NCBI RefSeq assembly: GCF_964355755.1
Contig: NC_092670.1
Span: 34,894,388 to 34,958,387 of the forward strand
Source of the DNA: Antedon mediterranea
Lineage: Eukaryota; Animalia; Echinodermata
Direction: 5' to 3'
Length of the DNA stretch: 64,000 bases
Positions 58,046 through 64,000 of the stretch are shown here, piece by piece. The first letter of the stretch is position 1, and every line of letters starts with the position of its first letter. The position numbers and the translations under genes are program-made. Under the pieces are notes generated by a model, which saw only the letters and a program-made list of their open reading frames with translations, did not search any database and was not told the origin of the DNA.

Positions 58046-58525
58046 GCTCTGTCTCTGATGCTTAAATATGGTAGTGATATGCTCAAATATGGTAGTGATA
58101 TTCTCAAATATGGTAGTGATAAGACATCATTATGTCTATATATAGCAACATCACATTATTATGGTCACACAAAGTTTGATAGTGAGACAGCTATCAGAAT
58201 TTGTGACAAAAAATGTGATGTGCCCATATATGGACATGCTGATTGATTGGGGCATATCACTACTATATTTGGGCATATCACTACCATATTTGGGGATATC
58301 ACTACCATATTTGGGCATATCACTACATATTTAGGCATATCACTACCATATTTGGGCATATCACTAGCATATTTGGGCAAATCACTACCCTATTCGGGTA
58401 TATCACTACTATATTTGGCCATATCCCTCCGTAATTGGGCACGTTACATCTTTTTTTTTCAAATTAATTAGATAGAATAAATGTGAAATATAATGAAAAC
58501 ATGAAATGAGATAGTGTAGACAGAA
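58046..58525. repeat. Two adjacent, oppositely oriented MITE copies with expanded 21-bp internal repeat
   Basis: AAATATGGTAGTGAT x3, then TTGGGCATATCACTACCATAT x~8; TIR remnants of the 34545 family. Confidence 0.75.
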
Positions 58526-59236
58526 CTTTTTAATACAAGCAATACACAGGGTTGTATGTGCTAAAGGGAAATATGTGAATATCTCTTTCGTATTTATTAT
58601 TATATTGTTTAACAAATAAACCACTGTGCTTATCATGTGTGTATCTATATGCAGCCTCTTTCCTTTGTGATTTATACAATGGTCTAAAAAAAGACGTATA
58701 TACTCATTTATAATAACAGGTATTTTTGATGTAATGAGAAAATTTTAATCCGACATGCCTACGGCAATTTTCACACTTTATTTCAGACCTTACATTTTGC
58801 GACAAACGTGTTTTAACCGCATTGAGAGTTGCTTCTAACATTCCCGTCATTTAGAACTGCATTGATTTTTGGTTATAAACTTGTTTAAATACTGATGTTT
58901 GTTATTATATATTTATGGGTTTAGTATAATTATAGTATGTAGCCTATAAACTCTGTTCCTATAATATAGAGAGAGGTGCAGAAGGTAGTTCGTTCTATAC
59001 ATTTGCCGCCCTCATGTACAGAAAAAATGGCCGAAATCAAGCGTACCAGCAGGAAATTCAATTCAATTCAAGTTAACATATATTTCTTTCAAATCAAAAT
59101 AAGAATAAAAAAGAACATTTCTTTTAATTTACAAATATTTTATGGAATTATAAAAGACTGGAAAAGAAAGAAGTGTCTAAAAAAATGTTCTTAACTATTT
59201 GAAACATGATTTGGGCGAGAAAATTCATAGTTGAAC

Positions 59237-59266
59237 CATGGAGGTATAAAAATAGATACCTCCATG
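59237..59266. mobile_element. 30-bp CATG...CATG hairpin with 7-bp TSD (P-superfamily-like footprint or micro-MITE)
   Basis: GTTGAAC|CATGGAGGTAT-aaaaatag-ATACCTCCATG|GTTGAAC. Confidence 0.65.
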
Positions 59267-59874
59267 GTTGAACACATCCTATTGATACTATAATAATAAA
59301 AGGAACTGCACATAACATGTCCTATTGGTGAAAATAGTAGGCCTAATAGCAGTACCCTATGCCATGGAAAGAAGAAATCATCTAGTTATTATTCTTTAGG
59401 ATACAGTAATTATGGAGTGGATTTTATTCAAGGTGAATGTTATCAAAACAGTCACTTATCCCTATTAATTTAAGGAAGCCTAATGAGTCCTCCTTTGCGT
59501 AACGTACATCACGTAAATTAACCAATCAATTTCATGTATAAAGTCAGCTGATCTCCCCGGGCAATAATTAAAGATTCAGCCGGGGATTGAGCCTCGGAAA
59601 CGTAGAAAGTAGCGATCTACAGACAGAGTTAATTCGTGAATGCATCAAATAGCTTAAAGATGATGGCGAATTAGTAATGCAAGTCTAAAGGGGGAGGAAG
59701 AGCTATGATCATATAGTATGAGGTACGAACAGGTAGATTATTATCATGTAAACGGGGGTTTAGCTACAGATGTATGGATGTGAAACGCGTTTTATAAGAT
59801 AAATAAAGTAGGCTTACAGAAAGGTAGACGGGCTTGTGTGAATAGAGGCTTACCGTGTGAATTTGCAACATATA

Positions 59875-60330
59875 ATATAATATCCTGGATTTATATGGCG
59901 CCTAATGTTGTGAAACCTCTAAGCTCTGAACATATTATTACCCCAGTCATGTTTTTCATCAAACACGTATGGAAACATACTCCCACAATGCAGCAGTAAT
60001 CAGCGCAAAGTTGTGTCTTGATCTAACCGGGTACCCATTTATACCTGGATGGAGAGAGGAAAAAGTAAAGTATCTTGCCTAAAGCGTGGTTCTCACTAGC
60101 GACGCAACGCAAGGACGTAACGCAACGCAAGTGAATTGACCAATCACAAGCGATGGCTTATTCGCTTGTGATTGCTAACTGTCTATAACTTCGCTTGTCA
60201 TTGGTTAAAACGCTTGCGTTGCGTTTACGTCCTTACGTTACGTTTAGTGGGAACCAAGCTTAAGGATACAAGCAATGCGGTAGATTCGAACCGCGATCAA
60301 TAGTCCAACGTCCAGCGCCACACACCATTA
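59875..60330 (-). mobile_element. CORE-type SINE (reverse) split by a Harbinger-like MITE
   Basis: GGGTACCCATTTATACCTGGATGGAGAGAGG...TCTTGCCTAA|...|GGATACAA...GATTCGAACC (B-box on minus strand). Confidence 0.65.
60083..60260. mobile_element. PIF/Harbinger-like MITE with TAA TSD
   Basis: taa|AGCGTGG...CCAAGCT|taa; removing it restores the SINE core. Confidence 0.88.
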
Positions 60331-61304
60331 CCAGGTTGACACAAATGGTCAAGCGGTATGATTACAAAATATCGTGGCTGACCAGAGAGATTTGCATGAT
60401 GGTTATTAATATAGCACATCTTATATTAATAACATTTCTTTATTTTTTTTTAAAGGCTGTCATAAACGGAGAGATACATAGAAACAATGGATGTGAGGGA
60501 GTGAGGGTGGGTGGTGGATCACTGTCGACAGAGTAAAGTGTATTTACTATTCTTTATCATTTGCTTGTGATGTTAACTGATTTAAGCAGAAATGCTAACT
60601 GTTAAAAATGTCAGAAACATATCATATAATTTTTAAATACAATGACTCACGTATACTACTGACAACTTTAATCAGATATTATTAAAATATTATCCTTCCG
60701 TGTGTGCGATAAGTGTGATTCATACCGTACTGTATGATACAAATATAGATTATCAAGAATATAAATTGATTAATGGAACTGTCGCTTTAAATAAAATTAT
60801 AATGTGCAAAAGTAAGTTTAATCCAGTAAGTTAATGCATGTTATTGGTTTTAATACACTGAATTATAGAATTGACAATAAAAACACACTGAAAATGCCAT
60901 GACGGTGCATGCTAGGTTCTAGACGGCGTTTGCACTTGATATTGATAAAAATGTACATATTTTGGCAAACATGGCGTTTCATACGTATAATACTTCCAGC
61001 TGATTGAAACGACTGAAGTGTTAAGTGCCTAAATATGACATAGAATGGATGTGCCAAAATATGGTGTATATATACCCAAATATGGTGGTAATATGACATC
61101 ATCATGTCCATATATGGGCACATCACATAAAGTTTGATAGTGTAGACAGATCCCGAGACAGATCTGAACAACATAACTTTTAAGACAACAATGCAAACGC
61201 AGCAAATTACCAAAGCAGATGATAATGGAGTTGTTAATAGGCCTAATACAAACTCACAAGCCCTATAAAATATATCCTATTTCCGATGGTTGACTGTCTT
61301 TATG

Positions 61305-61694
61305 TATGGCGCGCCAAGCTGTCATTTATTCGGAAATAAAGATATCTTAGTAAAAGGATCCCAATGGAAATAAGCTGATAAGCTTTTTGGGCTATCCTGG
61401 AAAGTCTTTTATAAATGTATTATTTGTAATGTCCGTAATTTATGTTATCACTTTGTATGTATTTTTTATGATGATTTTCCAAATAAATTCAAATCAAATC
61501 AAATCAAAACTAAGATATCTTAGTTTAAAACTAGGATATCTCTATTAATAGAGATATCTCTATTTAAAACTAAGATATCTCTCTTAAAAACTAAGATGTC
61601 TCTATTTAAAACTAAGATATCTTAGTTTTAAATAGAGATATCTCTGTTATTATCTCTGCTATTACTTGAATAAATGATAGCTTGGCGCGCCATA
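61305..61694. mobile_element. MITE with TATGGCGCGCCAAGCT TIRs, 4-bp TSD TATG, containing a LINE 3' tail (~61354-61507)
   Basis: ~28-bp TIRs; internal AAAACTAAGATATCTC repeats; (TCAAA)n-tailed insert. Confidence 0.75.
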
Positions 61695-62729
61695 TATGTC
61701 TACTCTCTCCACTCTCTACCATGTGCTATCTAAACCCTGTATGTACCCCCTATTTCATTGGCTTTAGATACCTCACACAAAAAACATATTCAACCTTCAA
61801 ATTCTACAATTACATGAACAACTACACAAGTTGAAACACAACACAGGATGAACAAATTACTGATAAGATAAGCAATTAATTAAGAATCAGTCAATCAAGA
61901 CAATAAAATACCAAATACACAAATAATCTAATCCGAAAACATTGAAGTCTATAGGAGTGGGTTCGATTTAGAAGCGGATTATTTATATTAGCGCTGAAAG
62001 AAGTATGTCACTGTTTAGTCAGATTTAATACCACCCTGGCCTAAGCATGACCTGTATTTTATTAATGGTTTTACTAATATTACAATAATATACAGATCCT
62101 GCACCCCAACAAACTACTATGTAAATTATAAAGCATTGTTACAGTAAAGCTATCCACTTATTCTATTCAATATGTGCTGTATAAGCGTAGTGTATAGGCC
62201 TATACGTCGATCAATCAGAGATATAATAATAAAAAATGTATAGGCCTAACATTAGATATCTCCTTAATTGATCTAACATGGGATATTAAAGTTTGACCAG
62301 CTCCGTGGTGTGGTTGATCCATGATTTAGGAGCAAATGGACCCAGGGCCTACAAATTAAAAAATTGGGGTGCCGAACCTATAATTATAGCCTAATGTCAT
62401 ATCATTTTCTACAAAATGCGACTGGTTTCTCCACCCCCTTATGGAATATTAAAGGTGGACCAGCTCCGTGGTGTCGTTGATCCAGGATTTTGGAGGAAAT
62501 GGGCGCAGGGCCTAAAAAAAAAAAAAATAGGTGCTTTACACAACCTAATGCGACTGGTTGCACACCACTTGACCAGCCTAGCTATGTGCTTCCCTATAAT
62601 ATTTAATATTATAAGCGGCTACTCACCCTACTTGGTTATTGGTTCTTGTTTAGTCCTACCGTTCCTTACTCCCTCCACAGAAAACTGAAGTATCACTATC
62701 AGGCAACTATGACTGCTCAGTTCATAACT

Positions 62730-62810
62730 TAAATCTTCCGGTTGTCTTAAATCACTGACTGCAGTTCAGCTCGCCAGCTTGTATCAGATAGCAGACAACA
62801 GACAAGGATG
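62730..62810 (+). promoter_or_regulatory. Possible promoter and first exon (ATG|GTAAG) of a plus-strand gene continuing beyond the window
   Basis: ETS-like CTTCCGG at 62735-62741; AGGATG|GTAAGA at 62805-62816; locally GC-richer. Confidence 0.3.
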
Positions 62811-63353
62811 GTAAGAGGAAGGAAAAGGGTAAAGTGTGGACAGTAAAGCCCCGGGTGTGAAAATGCCTTGACCTTCTAACAAATTAAGTGGATGGGGGGA
62901 TTTCTAAATATGAATCGGCCTAGATCTAGACATAAATGGCTAAACTTGCTAGTATGCCGAGCCGATGCCGAGTCAAAAAAGTGTTTGATTCGCTTCAGTG
63001 AGAAAGCAATGCGCAGAATTGCCAGTACATTTGTGTTGTAACACCCAGTGTCATTGGAGCGTTGTGTCTGTCATTTTATTTATGTTTTTTATGCGGCCAA
63101 CCGTACCAACGGGAAGATTATTATACAACGTTCCTGCAATTTATATATTACTGTACATTTATTTCATTTATTTACGCGGAACTTGTACAAATAACGAATA
63201 AATCATTTTTAAAATCAGTGTTTAAAAATAAATCGTACCCGGATAGTCCTTATCGTATATACAGTACATTTTTATACAAAACATTATTACACCGTAGGCC
63301 TACATATCTTTTTGCAAAAAAAGGTAACGTGGTGCAAAATGCGTATTTAAGAA

Positions 63354-63738
63354 GAGTTGCGGCTGAGATGTCAAGCTATAACTCTTTTTCCAAAAGAACT
63401 TGCACCCATGGTTTTTACATAGCAATCGTAATTATTAAGAGATGCAGCAGTTTTACACGTGCCGTCCACTATATCTATGTCTTACTATTCGTTGCACAGC
63501 CGATAAAGTAGGCTATTACTCGATCTATCAAACATTATTTTATAGACTGCAAGAGTTACGGACACGATGATACCAGATATCAACTTTGGTAGAAAATACG
63601 ACACGTGGATACAGTTTTAATATATCAGGATGTTAATAATTACGGTTGCTATGTAAACACCATGGGTGCAAGTTCTTTCAGGAAAAGGGTTATATCGTTA
63701 CAATTACATGTCAACTAGTTACGTCTCAGCCGCAACTC
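63354..63738. mobile_element. Foldback element with ~85-105 bp imperfect inverted arms
   Basis: GAGTTGCGGCTGAGA...AAGAACTTGCACCCATGGT / ACCATGGGTGCAAGTTCTT...TCTCAGCCGCAACTC. Confidence 0.7.
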
Positions 63739-63849
63739 CAATATTCAATCTAGTAAATGTTATATTCCACCAGTAAGCCTACGGCAAACTTTTTAATTGT
63801 CAGTCAGGAGGGAATCATATAATTTCACTCGAAAAAGATACGAAGGAAT

Positions 63850-64000
63850 CCGGCGCTGTTACAACCGTTAATGTAGAAAACGCCAGCTTATGTCGAAACA
63901 ACCGTTAATGTAGAACAATCCACCGCTTATGTAGTAAAACCTCCAGCTTATGTAGAAACACCAACAGCTTATGTAGTAAATAAAAACCAACACCAGCTAA
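63850..64000. repeat. Degenerate ~20-bp tandem repeat
   Basis: CAGCTTATGTAGAAAC-like units. Confidence 0.6.

Noticed and set aside
58016-58471. ORFs with KYGSDM / GHITTIF repeats
   Set aside because: Translation of the 21-bp MITE-internal repeat.

Overview
AT-rich, intron-rich eukaryotic DNA, probably a marine invertebrate deuterostome. This is inferred from Nin/Deu- and CORE-type SINEs, an Academ transposon and abundant TAGGCCTA. Two spliced minus-strand genes were reconstructed by hand from GT-AG boundaries. (1) The 5' six coding exons of ACMSD (ATG at 7622, running off the left edge). (2) A 29-coding-exon, ~1645-aa secreted mosaic protein (50968->9777): signal peptide, EGF x2, Kazal x3, CCP/sushi x19, C-type lectin x2, EGF, LDLa, and a C-terminal RGDFG-stop, with every intron in phase 1. 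The intron after CCP13 is almost entirely ~46 tandem 30-bp copies of its own exon end plus 5' splice site. The ~18-kb first coding intron holds a young, internally deleted AcademX transposon (44288-48085; ~630-bp TIRs, TAT TSD, frameshifted XPG/FEN1-like plus Cys-rich ORF). The rest is MITEs of several TSD classes, SINE/LINE remnants and minisatellites. All calls are by eye; no database searches were run.
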